From: Alphaproteobacteria bacterium
GTDB lineage: Bacteria; Pseudomonadota; Alphaproteobacteria; UBA828
Direction: 5' to 3'
DNA: 64,000 nt
Assembly: GCA_965220745.1 (NCBI GenBank)
Contig: CBDCQT010000012.1
Coordinates: 1-64,000, forward strand
This document shows positions 38,036-50,375 of the stretch, one piece after another. Position 1 is the first letter of the stretch, and each line of letters begins with the position of its first letter. The notes under the pieces were generated by a model. The model saw nothing but the letters and a program-made list of their open reading frames with translations. It had not been told where the DNA came from and made no database searches. Position numbers and translations under genes: made by a program.

Positions 38036-39298
38036 TGACCTGCCCCCGTCGACTGGTCCAGGTCGAATGTTAGTGCATCGCGGGTTCCTCGGCCAAGCTG
38101 GGTGGCCGGCGGAGCGTAGCGGAGCCGGGCGGCCAGCTTGGCATGATGATCGTCTCCGGGGCGGGCGGCCGGTATCCCAGGCTGCCGTGTGGGCGGATCG
38201 CGTTGTAATGGCACCGCCACGATTCGATGAGAACCTGGGCTTCCTTCAGGGTGTAGAAGATCTCCCCGTTCAGGAGCTCGTCGCGCAGCCGCGCATTGAA
38301 GCTCTCGATGTAGCCGTTCTCCCAGGGTGAGCCCGGCTCGATGAAGGCGGTGCGGGCGCTGACCGCAGCGATCCACCGCCTGACGGCCTCGGCGACGAAC
38401 TCCGGACCGTTGTCGGAACGGATCCAGGTCGGAATGCCGCGCAGGATGAACAGGTCGGTCAGCACATCGATGACGTCGATCGAGGAAAGCCTCCTGCGCA
38501 CCCGGATGACCAGGCTCTCGCGGGTGAACTCGTCCAGGACGTTGAGCATGCGGAAGGCCCTGCCGTCATACGTCCGGTGATGGACGAAGTCGTAGGACCA
38601 GACGTGATCCGCCCTCTCGGCGCGCAGCCGGATGCAGGAGCCGTCATTGAGCCAAAGCCGGCCCCGCTTCGGTTGCTTGCCGGGCACCTTCAGCCCCTCG
38701 CGCCGCCACAAGCGCTCGATCCGCTTGTCGTTGACCTGCCAGCCGGCATCGCGAAGCAGGGCCGCGATGCGGCGATAGCCGTAACGGCCGTACTGGCGGG
38801 CCAGCTCGATCATGTACGCGACCAGGCGGTCCTCGTCGTCGCGGCCGCGCGGGATGCGGCGCTGGGTCGAGCGGTGCTGCCCCAGCACCCGGCAAGCGCG
38901 GCGTTCCGAGACCCCGAGCCGGTCACAGACATGATCGATGCACTGGCGCCGGCGCGAGGGGCTTAGAAGTTTCCCCCTGCGGCCTCTTTGAGAATCTGCT
39001 TGTCCAGCGTCAGATCGGAGACCGCACGGCGCAGCCGCTCGTTCTCCTTCTCGAGCTCCTTCAAACGGCGGAGCTGATCGCCGCTCATCCCGGCATACTC
39101 CTTGCGCCAGCGGTAGAAGGTAACCTCGCTGATCCCAAGCTCGCGGATCGCGTCCGCCATCGACATGCCCTGGCCGTTCAGAACCTCAGCCCGCCGCAGC
39201 AGGCTCACGATCTCCTCGGGCTTGTAACGCTTCCTTGCCATCGTCGGTCCTCCTCTTTCCATAACCTAAGGGTGGACCAATCCGATGGGGGAGGATCA
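38036..39298 (-). mobile_element. IS3-family insertion sequence, complete (1263 bp), no TSD; orfA 38963-39241, orfB 38070-~38972
   Basis: Proteins identical to the 21901-23163 copy; 2-nt difference in the left IR; flanks CATG/ATTG do not match. Confidence 0.94.
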
Positions 39299-39299
39299 A

Positions 39300-39431
39300 T
39301 TGGAGGTCAGGAATGGTCGGGAGTTTACTTCGGAGTGCTTACTTGGTGAATATTTGCTTCGATCCGACGCCTCACTCGAATTCGAGCGTTCTTTCAAGCT
39401 ATTGACGTACAAAGAGTTTGACCGCTCGTGA
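39300..39431 (+). pseudogene. Low-GC 3' gene remnant truncated by IS3
   Basis: Open frame LEVRNGREFTSECLLGEYLLRSDASLEFERSFKLLTYKEFDRS* begins at the IS end. Confidence 0.4.
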
Positions 39432-39506
39432 TGCAGACCGTGTTGGTGGTAAGAAATGCGGGTTAGACTCCGTGCCGGCTGCAATCCGGCTGAGGGAGCG
39501 CCGCCG

Positions 39507-40394
39507 ATGACTCGTATCGACATCCAGTTCACCCTGTTCTCGGCCTTCTATTCGCCACTAATCGCGACGATGGCCGGGGGGTTCCTGACTGAGGAGGGGC
39601 TGGAGGCGGACTGGTCGGTCGCGCCGCCGGGAGGTTCCGCCATCGCGGCCCTGAGGGAAGGCACCGCCCATGTCGTGCAGTCGGCGCCGAGCCAGGCTTT
39701 TGGGTCGCTGTCGAAGGGCGAAGACCCCGGCGTCGTCCACTTCGCCCAGATCAACGAGATGGATGGCTTTTTCCTCATCGGGCGGGCGCCGGACCTGGAC
39801 TTTGACTGGCGGAAGCTGGAGGGCGCTGAGGTCGTGCTGTTCGGCGGCGGCCAGCCGCTCGCCATGTTCAGGTATGCTTGCCACAAGGCGGGTATCGATT
39901 ACGGCCGGCTGAAGGCGATCCATCCGGGCAATGCCGCGGAGATCGACCGCGCCTTTCGCGACGGCGTGGGCCAGTACGTCCAGCAACAGGGACCGTTTCC
40001 CCAGCAGCTGGAGGCGGAGGGCATCGGCCATGTCGTGGCGCAGGTCGGCCGCCAGGTCGGCCGCTGCGGCTTCTCCAGCTTGTGCGCCCGGCCGGATTGG
40101 CTGGAAACACGCATGGCGCGGGCCTTTACACGCGCGTATCGCAAGGCCCGGCTCTGGCTCAACGAAACGCCGGCCGCCGAGGTCGCTCGCGCCGAGCAAC
40201 CCTACTTTCCGGAGATCGATCTGGCGGCGCTTGAACGCTGCATCGCCGCCTACCAACAACTCGGCTGCTGGGCGCCGCATATCGAGATTACCCGCCCAGC
40301 TTATGAGGCATCGCTCGATATCTTTGCCTACAACGGCCTGATCTCCGAACGCTTCGCCTACGAGCGGGTCTGTGTAGCGCCGCCGGAAGATTAG
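39507..40394 (+). CDS. NMT1/THI5/SsuA-like substrate-binding protein (orphan)
   Basis: FYSPL...GFLTEEGL, FAQINEMDGFFLIGR, FDWRKLEG. Confidence 0.8.
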   Translation: MTRIDIQFTLFSAFYSPLIATMAGGFLTEEGLEADWSVAPPGGSAIAALREGTAHVVQSAPSQAFGSLSKGEDPGVVHFAQINEMDGFFLIGRAPDLDFDWRKLEGAEVVLFGGGQPLAMFRYACHKAGIDYGRLKAIHPGNAAEIDRAFRDGVGQYVQQQGPFPQQLEAEGIGHVVAQVGRQVGRCGFSSLCARPDWLETRMARAFTRAYRKARLWLNETPAAEVARAEQPYFPEIDLAALERCIAAYQQLGCWAPHIEITRPAYEASLDIFAYNGLISERFAYERVCVAPPED

Positions 40395-40598
40395 CCCAAA
40401 ATCCTGGCCGCGGTTACGGCCAAAAAGCGCCCAGCCGGTGCAATCCGCCGCAAAACCATATATGCACCGCCCCTGACGCGCGCGAACCGGAACCGGGCCG
40501 GAGGCCCGGACGGCGCGACCGCGCCGCGCGCCGAAGACGCGGAGCCAAGCGAGCGGAGCGAGCGCCCGGCGACTGAGGGAAACGAACAAGAGCGAATC

Positions 40599-41969
40599 AT
40601 GGCGGATTTCGATCTCCTTGTGATCGGCGGCGGCTCGGGCGGCGTGGCCTGCGCCAGGCGCGCGGCGGGCTACGGCGCCAAGGCGGCAGTGGTCGAGAAC
40701 GACCGGCTCGGCGGCACCTGCGTGCACCGCGGCTGCATCCCGAAGAAGCTCCTGGTCTACGCCTCGCACTTCAGCCACGACTTCGAGGACGCGGCGGGCT
40801 ACGGCTGGACCGTCGGCGAACGCGCCTTCGACTGGCCGGCCATGGTGCAGGCCAAATCGACGGAGCTCGACCGGCTGGAAGGCATCTACGAGCGCCTGCT
40901 GCGCAACGCCGGGGCGACGCACATCCGCGGCACCGGCCGCCTGCTCGACGCCCATACCGTCGCCGTCGGCGACGAGACGCACCGCGCCGAAACCATCGTG
41001 ATCGCCACCGGCGGCCGGCCCACCATGCCCGACATCCCCGGCATCGAGCTCGCCATCAGCTCAGACGAGATGTTCGACCTGCCGACACTGCCCGAGCGCA
41101 TCGTGATCGTGGGCGGCGGCTACATCGCCTGCGAGTTCGCCTGCATCATGCAGGGCCTCGGCTCGAAGGTGACCCAGCTCTACCGGCGCGACCTGCCGTT
41201 GCGCGGTTTCGACCACGACCTGCGCGAAGTGCTCTGCGAGGAGATGCGCAAGGGCGGGGTCGACCTCCGGCTCAACATCAACGCGGCCTCCCTCGCCCGA
41301 AACGGGTCGGCGATCGCGGTCACGACGACGACCGGCGAGATCATCGAGGCGGACCAGGTGCTGTTCGCCACCGGGCGGAAGCCCAGCGTCGCCGGCCTCG
41401 GGCTCGAGACCGCGGGCATCGAGCCCGCTGAGGGCGGCGCCATCCCGGTCGATGAGGCCTCGCACACGGGCGCCGCCAACATCTATGCCATCGGCGACGT
41501 CACCGACCGCATCAACCTGACTCCGGTGGCGATCCATGAGGGCCGCTGCATTGCCGAGACTCTCTACAACGACAACCCGCAGAACCCGGACCACCGCGAC
41601 GTGGCGACGGCGGTCTTTACCACGCCGGAGCTTGGCACGGTCGGGCTCACCGAGGAGGAAGCCCGGCAGACCTACCCCGCCGTGGACATCTACAAGACCC
41701 GCTTCCGCCCGCTCAAGCACACGCTCACGACGAGGGAAGAGACCGTCTTCATGAAGCTCGTCGTCGACCGCGCCTCGGGCCGGGTGGTCGGCTGCCACAT
41801 GGTGGGCGACGGCGCGGGCGAGGCCGTGCAGCTACTGGGTATCGCCGTCAAGGCGGGCGCGACCAAGGCCCAGTTCGACGCGACCATGGCGGTCCACCCG
41901 ACCGCGGCGGAGGAGTTCGTCACCATGTACGAGCCGGTTGCTGAGACCGTTGCCGACGCCGCCCAATAG
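40599..41969 (+). CDS. gor: Glutathione-disulfide reductase
   Basis: GGGSGG, GGTCVHRGCIPKK, GDVTDRINLTPVA, HPTAAEEFVTM. Confidence 0.95.
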   Translation: MADFDLLVIGGGSGGVACARRAAGYGAKAAVVENDRLGGTCVHRGCIPKKLLVYASHFSHDFEDAAGYGWTVGERAFDWPAMVQAKSTELDRLEGIYERLLRNAGATHIRGTGRLLDAHTVAVGDETHRAETIVIATGGRPTMPDIPGIELAISSDEMFDLPTLPERIVIVGGGYIACEFACIMQGLGSKVTQLYRRDLPLRGFDHDLREVLCEEMRKGGVDLRLNINAASLARNGSAIAVTTTTGEIIEADQVLFATGRKPSVAGLGLETAGIEPAEGGAIPVDEASHTGAANIYAIGDVTDRINLTPVAIHEGRCIAETLYNDNPQNPDHRDVATAVFTTPELGTVGLTEEEARQTYPAVDIYKTRFRPLKHTLTTREETVFMKLVVDRASGRVVGCHMVGDGAGEAVQLLGIAVKAGATKAQFDATMAVHPTAAEEFVTMYEPVAETVADAAQ

Positions 41970-42084
41970 CCCATCGGCGCGCGCCGCGCCGGCAGATACC
42001 GCTGCCAAACAGGAAAATGCTGGCACGACGGACGGTTCGGGCGTATAGCACGGCAACAACGACATAATTCCGCGGGAGAACGAC

Positions 42085-43467
42085 ATGCCCGGCACGTGGA
42101 ACCCCGGCCGCTGGCGCGGGCTGCCGATCAAGCAGCAGCCGCAATGGCCCGACGCGGCCGATCTCGCCTCGGCCGAGGAACGCTTGAAGACCTCGCCCCC
42201 GCTGGTCTTCGCCGGTGAGGCGCGGAGGCTGCGCGAGAGCCTGGCACGGGTGAGCGAGGGCCGCGCCTTCCTGCTGCAGGGCGGGGATTGCGCCGAGAGC
42301 TTCGCGGAATTCCACCCCGACACGGTACGCGACACCTTCCGCGTCCTGCTGCAAATGGCGGTGGTTCTGACCTACGGTGCCAAACTGCCGGTGGTCAAGG
42401 TCGGGCGCCTCGCGGGGCAGTTCGCCAAGCCGCGCTCGTCGGACACCGAGACCGTGGGCGACACGACGCTGCCCGCCTACCGCGGCGACATGATCAACGG
42501 CATGGCCTTCGACGAGGAAGAGCGGACGCCCGTGCCGCAACGCCTGCTCCGGGCCTACGGCCAATCCGCGTCGACCCTCAACCTGCTGCGCGCGCTTGCC
42601 CACGGCGGCTACGCCGACCTCCACGCCGTGCACCGCTGGAACCTCGGTTTCGTGGCCGAGAGCACGCAGGGCGCGCGCTACGAGGCGCTCGCCAACCAGA
42701 TCGGCGACACGCTCGACTTCATGGCGGCCTGCGGGCTCACCGAGGAAACCTCGCCGCAGATCCGCGAGACCGAGTTCTACACCTCCCACGAGGCTCTGAT
42801 CCTGGAATACGAGCAGGCGCTGACCCGCGTCGATTCGACCACCGGCGGGTGGTACGACTGCAGCGCGCACATGCTCTGGATCGGCGACCGCACGCGGCAG
42901 GTGGACGGGGCGCATGTCGACTTCCTGAGCGGGGTCGGCAACCCGATTGGGCTCAAGGCAGGCCCCAGCATCACGCCGGACGACCTGCTTGCCCTGATCG
43001 ACCGGCTCAACCCGCACAACGAGCCCGGCAAGCTCACGGTGATCGCGCGCATGGGGCACGAGGCGGTCGAAGCCAAGCTGCCGCCCCTCGTGCGTGCCGT
43101 CCAGGGGGAGGGCCGGCACGTGGTCTGGGCCTGCGATCCCATGCACGGCAACACGATCAAGTCCTCCAACGGCTACAAGACCCGCGTCTTCGACCAGGTT
43201 TTGGCGGAGGTGCGCGGCTTCTTCGCGGTGCACCGGGCCGAGGGCACGTATCCCGGCGGTGTCCATTTCGAGATGACCGGCCAGGACGTGACCGAGTGCC
43301 TGGGCGGCGCCCAGGCGATCACCGAGGAGGACCTCTCCAGCCGCTACCACACCCACTGCGACCCGCGGCTCAACGCCTCGCAGGCTCTGGAGCTCGCCTT
43401 CCTCATCTCCGAGCATCTGAGGGAGGAGCGAGCGGCCACCGCCCAGCCAAGGGCGCTTCACGGCTAG
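42085..43467 (+). CDS. Class II DAHP synthase
   Basis: [41 protein letters not shown]. Confidence 0.96.
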   Translation: MPGTWNPGRWRGLPIKQQPQWPDAADLASAEERLKTSPPLVFAGEARRLRESLARVSEGRAFLLQGGDCAESFAEFHPDTVRDTFRVLLQMAVVLTYGAKLPVVKVGRLAGQFAKPRSSDTETVGDTTLPAYRGDMINGMAFDEEERTPVPQRLLRAYGQSASTLNLLRALAHGGYADLHAVHRWNLGFVAESTQGARYEALANQIGDTLDFMAACGLTEETSPQIRETEFYTSHEALILEYEQALTRVDSTTGGWYDCSAHMLWIGDRTRQVDGAHVDFLSGVGNPIGLKAGPSITPDDLLALIDRLNPHNEPGKLTVIARMGHEAVEAKLPPLVRAVQGEGRHVVWACDPMHGNTIKSSNGYKTRVFDQVLAEVRGFFAVHRAEGTYPGGVHFEMTGQDVTECLGGAQAITEEDLSSRYHTHCDPRLNASQALELAFLISEHLREERAATAQPRALHG

Positions 43468-43487
43468 AGGTGCGGAAGGGGGTCGCG

Positions 43488-44645
43488 ATGTTGCCCCACA
43501 ATGGACCCCGCGACAGCGAGGTCACCCGCTACACCGACCACTACTTCACGCGCACGCGCAAGGCGATCGGCCGCTTCGGCGACGCTCGGGTCACCTACGC
43601 GCTGTTCATGCGGCGGCCGGTCTGTTTCGCGCCCCGCCTGATGATCGAGTGGCTGAACTCGGTCGCGGCGGAGCGTGGCACCGAATTCACCATCGAGTGC
43701 CGGTTCGAGGAAGGCGAGTGGGTCGGTGCCGGCGAGCCGCTCATCTACCTCTCGGGCTCCTTCCGTCACCTCGTCGATCTGGAGACGCTTTACCTGCAGC
43801 GGCTGGGCGCCGTCTGCGTCGCCGCCTACAACGCCTACGCCATGTCCCGCAGCCTGCCCAAGGTTGCGTTCATGGCAATGGACGCGCGCCATTGCGCAGG
43901 CATCGAGATGGCCGAGATGATGGCCTACGCGGCGAGCGTCGGCTCGAAAGCGGCGAAGCAGGAGTGCGGCGCGGTCGGCTTCATCGGCAACGCCACAGAC
44001 GCGACCGCCCACTATTTCGGCAATCAGCGGGGCTACGGCACCATGCCCCACGCCTTCATCGGCTACGCGGGCTCCACGGTCCGCGCCGCCGAGATGTATC
44101 ACGAAATTTTCGCGGGCGAGCCGATGACCGTGCTCGTCGACTACTACGGGCAGGAGATCACCGATGCGCTCGCCGTGTGCCAGCGCTTCCCGGAGCTTGT
44201 CGCGCGCGGCGAGCTGAGCTTCCGCCTCGATACCCACGGCAGCCGCTATGTCGAGGGCCTGGACATGGCGAAGTCATACGCCGTGCTGGAGCGCTACTGT
44301 CCGACTGCCGTTCGTGAATACCGCACCGAGGCGGAGCTGCGCTGGCTGCACGGCACCGGTGTCAGCGCCGCGGCGCTCTTCCACCTGCGCGCGGCGCTCG
44401 ACGAGGCCGGCTTCGAGAAAGTGAAGATCGTCGCGAGTTCCGGCTTCGGCCCGGCCAAGTGCAGGGTCATGGCCAGCGTGAACGCGCCCATCGACGTGAT
44501 CGGCACGGGCTCGTTCCTGCCCGAGAACTGGTCCGAGACCTTCGCGACCGCAGACGTGGTGGACTACGACGGCACTGCGCGGGTCAAGCTCGGCCGCGAG
44601 TTCCTGCTGCGCAACGGCGCGGACGGATCGCCCCGCTCCCGCTGA
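43488..44645 (+). CDS. Nicotinate phosphoribosyltransferase-like (type II PRTase)
   Basis: TDHYF, MDARH, GTMPHA, LVDY, RLDT, IVASSGF, IGTGS, ATADVV; directly upstream of nadE. Confidence 0.82.
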   Translation: MLPHNGPRDSEVTRYTDHYFTRTRKAIGRFGDARVTYALFMRRPVCFAPRLMIEWLNSVAAERGTEFTIECRFEEGEWVGAGEPLIYLSGSFRHLVDLETLYLQRLGAVCVAAYNAYAMSRSLPKVAFMAMDARHCAGIEMAEMMAYAASVGSKAAKQECGAVGFIGNATDATAHYFGNQRGYGTMPHAFIGYAGSTVRAAEMYHEIFAGEPMTVLVDYYGQEITDALAVCQRFPELVARGELSFRLDTHGSRYVEGLDMAKSYAVLERYCPTAVREYRTEAELRWLHGTGVSAAALFHLRAALDEAGFEKVKIVASSGFGPAKCRVMASVNAPIDVIGTGSFLPENWSETFATADVVDYDGTARVKLGREFLLRNGADGSPRSR

Positions 44646-44733
44646 GGTGCGCCCCCCGAGGCCACGCGAGTCGGGCGAGCGTTCGTAATCGGGGCCGGCA
44701 AGTGCCGGCTCCTTTGTGTATAACCGGCCGACC

Positions 44734-46395
44734 ATGACCGACACGCTCGCCATCGCGCTCGCCCAGCTCAATCCCACCGTGGGAGACCTGGAGGGCAACA
44801 AGGCGCTGATCCTGCGCGCCCGCGCTGAGGCCGCGGCCCAAGGCGCCGACCTCGTGGTCTGCACCGAGCTCGTGGTGACCGGCTACCCGCCGGAAGACCT
44901 GGTGCTCAAACCGATGTTCCAGGAGCAGTCGCGGGCGATTGTGGAAGCGCTCGCGGCGGCGACGGCGGACGGCGGGCCTGCGCTCCTCATCGGTGCGCCC
45001 TGGGTCGACGGCGGCAAGCTCTACAACGCCGTGCTGCTGCTCGACGAGGGCCGCATCGCGGCGCAGCGCTACAAGTACGAGCTGCCCAACTACGGCGTCT
45101 TCGACGAGGTGCGGGTGTTCGCGCGCGCCGGCCTGCCGGGGCCGATCCCGTTTCGCGGCGTCCGGCTCGGCGCCATGATCTGCGAGGACATGTGGTTCCC
45201 CGAGGTCGCCGAATGCCTCGCAGAATCGGGCGCCGAGATCATGATCGCAATCAACGGCTCGCCATTCGAGAGCGACAAGGGCGACACTCGCCTCAACCTC
45301 GCCGTCGCGCGCATCGGCGAGACCGAACTGCCGTTGATCTACGTGAACCAGGTGGGCGGCCAGGACGAGCTGGTCTTCGACGGCGCTTCCTTCATCCTTA
45401 ACGCCGATCACAGCCTCGCCGCCCAGGCGCCGGCCTTCGAAGAGGCGATCATGCTCACCCGCTGGACGCGCGAGAGCGACGGCTGGCACTGCGCGCCTGC
45501 ATCCCGTGCCACGCTGCCCGATGGCCACGCGGCGACCTATCGCGCCATGACGGTGGGGCTCCGCGACTATGTGGAGAAGAACGGCTTCCCCGGCGTGCTG
45601 ATCGGGTTGTCAGGGGGCATCGACTCCGCGCTGACGGCCGCCGTCGCCGTCGATGCGCTTGGCGCCGAGCGGGTCTTTTGCGTCGCCATGCCGTCGCGCT
45701 ACACCGCGCAATCCTCCCTCGACGACGCGGCCGAGTGCGCGCGCCTGCTCGGAGTCCGCCACGAGGTGGTGGGGATCGAGCCGGCGGTGGACGCGCTCGG
45801 CGAAACGCTGGGGCCGATCTTCGCCGGCCGCGCCGCGGATGAAACCGAGGAGAACATCCAGGCTCGCGTGCGCGGCGTCATCCTGATGGCGATCAGCAAC
45901 AAGCTCGGCCACATGGTGCTTACCACCGGCAACAAGTCGGAGATGTCGGTGGGCTACGCCACGCTCTACGGCGACATGTGCGGCGGCTACTCGGTGCTGA
46001 AGGACGTCTACAAGACCGACGTGTTCGCGATGTCGCGCTGGCGCAACCGCAACTGGATGGAGGGGCTCAGGGGGCCGCAGGGGCCGGTGATTCCCGAGGC
46101 GATCATCGACAAGCCGCCGAGCGCGGAGCTTCGGCCCGACCAGACCGATCAGGACACGCTCCCCCCCTACGAGGTGCTGGACGACGTGTTGCGCGGCCTG
46201 GTTGAGGAAGAACGCTCGACCGAGGAGATCGTCGCCCGCGGCCACGCGGCGGAGATTGCGGCGCGCATCTGGCGGATGCTCGACATCGCGGAGTATAAGC
46301 GGCGCCAGGCGCCGCCGGGCATCAAGCTCACGCTGCGCTCCTTCGGCAAGGACCGCCGCTACCCCATCACCAACCGCTACCGCGGGACCGGTTAA
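44734..46395 (+). CDS. nadE: Glutamine-dependent NAD+ synthetase
   Basis: Nitrilase domain (ICEDMW) plus GLSGGIDS, ENIQAR, TGNKSE, PSAELRPDQ. Confidence 0.96.
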   Translation: MTDTLAIALAQLNPTVGDLEGNKALILRARAEAAAQGADLVVCTELVVTGYPPEDLVLKPMFQEQSRAIVEALAAATADGGPALLIGAPWVDGGKLYNAVLLLDEGRIAAQRYKYELPNYGVFDEVRVFARAGLPGPIPFRGVRLGAMICEDMWFPEVAECLAESGAEIMIAINGSPFESDKGDTRLNLAVARIGETELPLIYVNQVGGQDELVFDGASFILNADHSLAAQAPAFEEAIMLTRWTRESDGWHCAPASRATLPDGHAATYRAMTVGLRDYVEKNGFPGVLIGLSGGIDSALTAAVAVDALGAERVFCVAMPSRYTAQSSLDDAAECARLLGVRHEVVGIEPAVDALGETLGPIFAGRAADETEENIQARVRGVILMAISNKLGHMVLTTGNKSEMSVGYATLYGDMCGGYSVLKDVYKTDVFAMSRWRNRNWMEGLRGPQGPVIPEAIIDKPPSAELRPDQTDQDTLPPYEVLDDVLRGLVEEERSTEEIVARGHAAEIAARIWRMLDIAEYKRRQAPPGIKLTLRSFGKDRRYPITNRYRGTG

Positions 46396-46398
46396 GCC

Positions 46399-47778
<1,380 letters not shown>

Positions 47779-47816
47779 CCGACCACCGGGGCCGCTTGCC
47801 CACGGCAGGCTGAACC

Positions 47817-48632
47817 GTGGCGGGGACCGACCGGCGCAAGGCCTGCGCGGCGGCCCACGTCGATGCGGGCGCGCCGGCGGTCATCCTCGTGCGCACCCAG
47901 CTCGGCGAGAATATCGGCGCCGCCGCCCGCGCCATGCTGAACTGCGGCCTCTCCGACCTGCGCCTGGTCCAGCCCCGCGACGGTTGGCCCAACGTGAAGG
48001 CGCTGGGCGCGGCCTCCGGCGCGGATGCGGTGCTGAACGGCGTGCGGCTCTGCGCGACCGTGGAGGAGGCCGTGGCCGACCTCAATGTGGTCCACGCCAC
48101 CACGGCACGGCCGCGCGAGTTGCTGAAGCCGGAGCTCGCACCGCGCGAAGCGGTCACGGCGTTGCGCGATGCAGGGCGCGGGGGCGCTCGCCTCGGCCTC
48201 CTCTTCGGGCCGGAGAAAGCGGGCCTCAAGAACGAGGAGCTGGTGCTCGCCGATGCCATCGTCCGGATTCCGCTCAACCCCGCCTTCGCCTCGCTCAACC
48301 TGGCGCAGGCGGTCCTCATCATGGCCTACGAGTGGCGCCTCGTGAGCGCCCCGCTGGAGGACGAGGACGAACCGGCCCCGCCGCCGACGGGGAGCGCGCG
48401 GCCCGCCACCAAGGACGAGATCCTGCATTTCTTCCGACACCTGGAGGGCGCGCTCGACGACCGCGACTTCTTCCCGACGCCGGAGATGCGGCCCAAGATG
48501 GTGCAGAACATGCGCACCATGTTCGAGCGCATCTCGCTCACCCGCCAGGACGTGCAGACTCTGCGCGGCGTCGTGCGCGCGCTCACCGGCGAGCGGCTCA
48601 GACGCGGCCGTCCACCGGGCCCGGCCGATTGA
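47817..48632 (+). CDS. trmJ: TrmJ/LasT family SPOUT tRNA methyltransferase
   Basis: ENIGAAARAM, FGPEKAGL, SLNLAQAV. Confidence 0.88.
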   Translation: MAGTDRRKACAAAHVDAGAPAVILVRTQLGENIGAAARAMLNCGLSDLRLVQPRDGWPNVKALGAASGADAVLNGVRLCATVEEAVADLNVVHATTARPRELLKPELAPREAVTALRDAGRGGARLGLLFGPEKAGLKNEELVLADAIVRIPLNPAFASLNLAQAVLIMAYEWRLVSAPLEDEDEPAPPPTGSARPATKDEILHFFRHLEGALDDRDFFPTPEMRPKMVQNMRTMFERISLTRQDVQTLRGVVRALTGERLRRGRPPGPAD

Positions 48633-48656
48633 CACCGCACCGGCGGGGGCTATAGT
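48629..48656 (+). promoter_or_regulatory. Sigma70-type promoter of rpsD
   Basis: TTGACA-N16-TATAGT, ~60 bp before ATG. Confidence 0.7.
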
Positions 48657-48716
48657 GCGCCCGGCTCGCCGCCAAAGGCCGCGGGCGCACGCGATTCTCC
48701 CACCGGCACGGGCACG

Positions 48717-49331
48717 ATGAGCAAGCGACAGCAGTCGAAATACAAGATTTGCCGGCGCCTCGGCGTCAACCTCTGGGGCCGGCCCAAGAGCCCCACCAAC
48801 CGGCGCGACTACGGGCCGGGGCAGCACGGCCAGCGGCGGCGCAAGCCGTCCGACTTCGGCGTGCAGCTCGCGGCCAAGCAGCGCCTGCGCGGCTACTACG
48901 GCAACATCACCGAGAAGCAGTTCCGCCGCTACTACCACATCGCCGGCGACCGCAAGGGCGACACCGGCGAGAATCTGGTCGGGCTGCTGGAGCGGCGCCT
49001 CGATGCCGTCGTCTACCGCATGAAGTTCGTGCCGACCGTGTTCGCGGCACGGCAGTTCGTGAGCCACGGCCACATCCTGGTGAACGGCCGCCGGGTGACG
49101 ATCCCGAGCTACCTGGTGAAGGACGAGGACCGCATCACGGTGCGCGAGCGCTCGAAGCAGCTGCCGCTGGTGCTGGAGGCGATCGATTCGCCGGAGCGCG
49201 ACGTGCCGGACTATCTCGAGGTCGACCACGACCGGATGGAGGGCCGCTTCATCCGTGCGCCCAAGTTCGCCGACGTGCCCTACCCGGTGACGATGGAGCC
49301 CAATCTCGTCATCGAGTACTACTCCCGCTAA
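48717..49331 (+). CDS. rpsD: 30S ribosomal protein S4
   Basis: [34 protein letters not shown]. Confidence 0.98.
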   Translation: MSKRQQSKYKICRRLGVNLWGRPKSPTNRRDYGPGQHGQRRRKPSDFGVQLAAKQRLRGYYGNITEKQFRRYYHIAGDRKGDTGENLVGLLERRLDAVVYRMKFVPTVFAARQFVSHGHILVNGRRVTIPSYLVKDEDRITVRERSKQLPLVLEAIDSPERDVPDYLEVDHDRMEGRFIRAPKFADVPYPVTMEPNLVIEYYSR

Positions 49332-49423
49332 CCCCCGCGCGCTCACGGCCCCGCCCTGCCGATTGACAGGGCGCCCCATCCCGGCTTTTGTCTGCCCAGG
49401 GAAACCGAGGGTAAGGGAGGAGC

Positions 49424-50011
49424 GTGATGGGCACGTTGGCATTCGAGCATCATCTGCTGAAGGAAGCCGGCACGAGCCCCAACAACGGGGCGCTGCCGCT
49501 CATCGTCTATCGGGGCGCCATCGATGTCGGCGGCGCCGAGCCGGAAGCGGCGGTCGAGCGCCACTTCGACTCCAACGGTTGGGGCGACGGCTTTCGCGGC
49601 GATACCTTTCCTTTCCACCACTACCACTCCATCGCCCACGAGGTGGTGGGCTGCGCACGCGGTGCGGCGCAGCTCCAGTTCGGCGGGCCGGAGGGGCCGG
49701 TGGTGGACGTGCAGGCGGGCGATGCCGTGCTGATCCCCGCCGGCGTGGTCCACGCTCGCCTCGACGACAAGCCGGGTTACGTCAGCGTCGGCGCCTACCC
49801 GCCGGGGCAGCAGCCGGACCTCTGCGTGCTGTCGAACCAGGATGCCGAGGTCTCGAACGCGCGCGAGGATACCGAGGGCCTGGAGCTGAAGGTGATCGGC
49901 CAGACGGAGATGCCCGCGATCAGGGCCTCCATCGCCGATGTCCCGCTGCCCGCGACCGACCCGCTCGCCGGCGGCAGCGGCCCCGTGGCCGAGCTCTGGC
50001 TGGAGCGCTGA
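49424..50011 (+). CDS. YjlB-like cupin
   Basis: PNN..LPLIVY, FHHYHSIAHEV, GDAVLIPAGV, VGAYPPGQ, DPLAG. Confidence 0.85.
   Translation: MMGTLAFEHHLLKEAGTSPNNGALPLIVYRGAIDVGGAEPEAAVERHFDSNGWGDGFRGDTFPFHHYHSIAHEVVGCARGAAQLQFGGPEGPVVDVQAGDAVLIPAGVVHARLDDKPGYVSVGAYPPGQQPDLCVLSNQDAEVSNAREDTEGLELKVIGQTEMPAIRASIADVPLPATDPLAGGSGPVAELWLER
49977..50011 (+). repeat. 35-bp direct repeat, left copy (3' end of cupin gene)
   Basis: GCGGCCCCGTGGCCGAGCTCTGGCTGGAGCGCTGA; 34/35 match to 51828-51862. Confidence 0.9.
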
Positions 50012-50375
50012 GCGCCGGCGCCAGCCGTTGGATCCGATAATCTTGTGCGCGTAGTACTAACGAGCACACTCTCGCAATCGTACATTTCCTGATGCAGTGT
50101 TGATTCTGACGTCTGCCTCAAGTCATGCTGTCTACACCACGTTACCCATTCAAGCTTACCAGCTCGGTAATGCACATGGTGCCATCTGTCTTGCTGAGCC
50201 ACCTATTCGGAAAATGTAAGTTTCGCCCAATGGTTCATTCGACGCCGTTTCGCTTTGAGAACTGTCAAGGAATTAATTTGACTTGTATGTGTATTTCCCC
50301 CAACTACAAATTACCCGTTAATTTTCTCCAAGGACACGCCATGTGCCGGCACCGTATCTAAAATCCCTGTTATGA

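Noticed and set aside
37291-38376. 361-aa extended transposase ORF
   Set aside because: Artefact of read-through from the full IS3 copy's alternate frame across its IR into the partial copy.
21901-39298. 17-kb composite transposon between inverted IS3 copies
   Set aside because: The left copy has its own GCCC TSD inside a reconstructable gene, so it inserted independently; the outer flanks do not match.
42288-43487. 400-aa N-terminal extension on the NAPRTase-like ORF (785 aa)
   Set aside because: Arg/Pro-rich off-frame overlap of the DAHP synthase gene; the real start is 43488.
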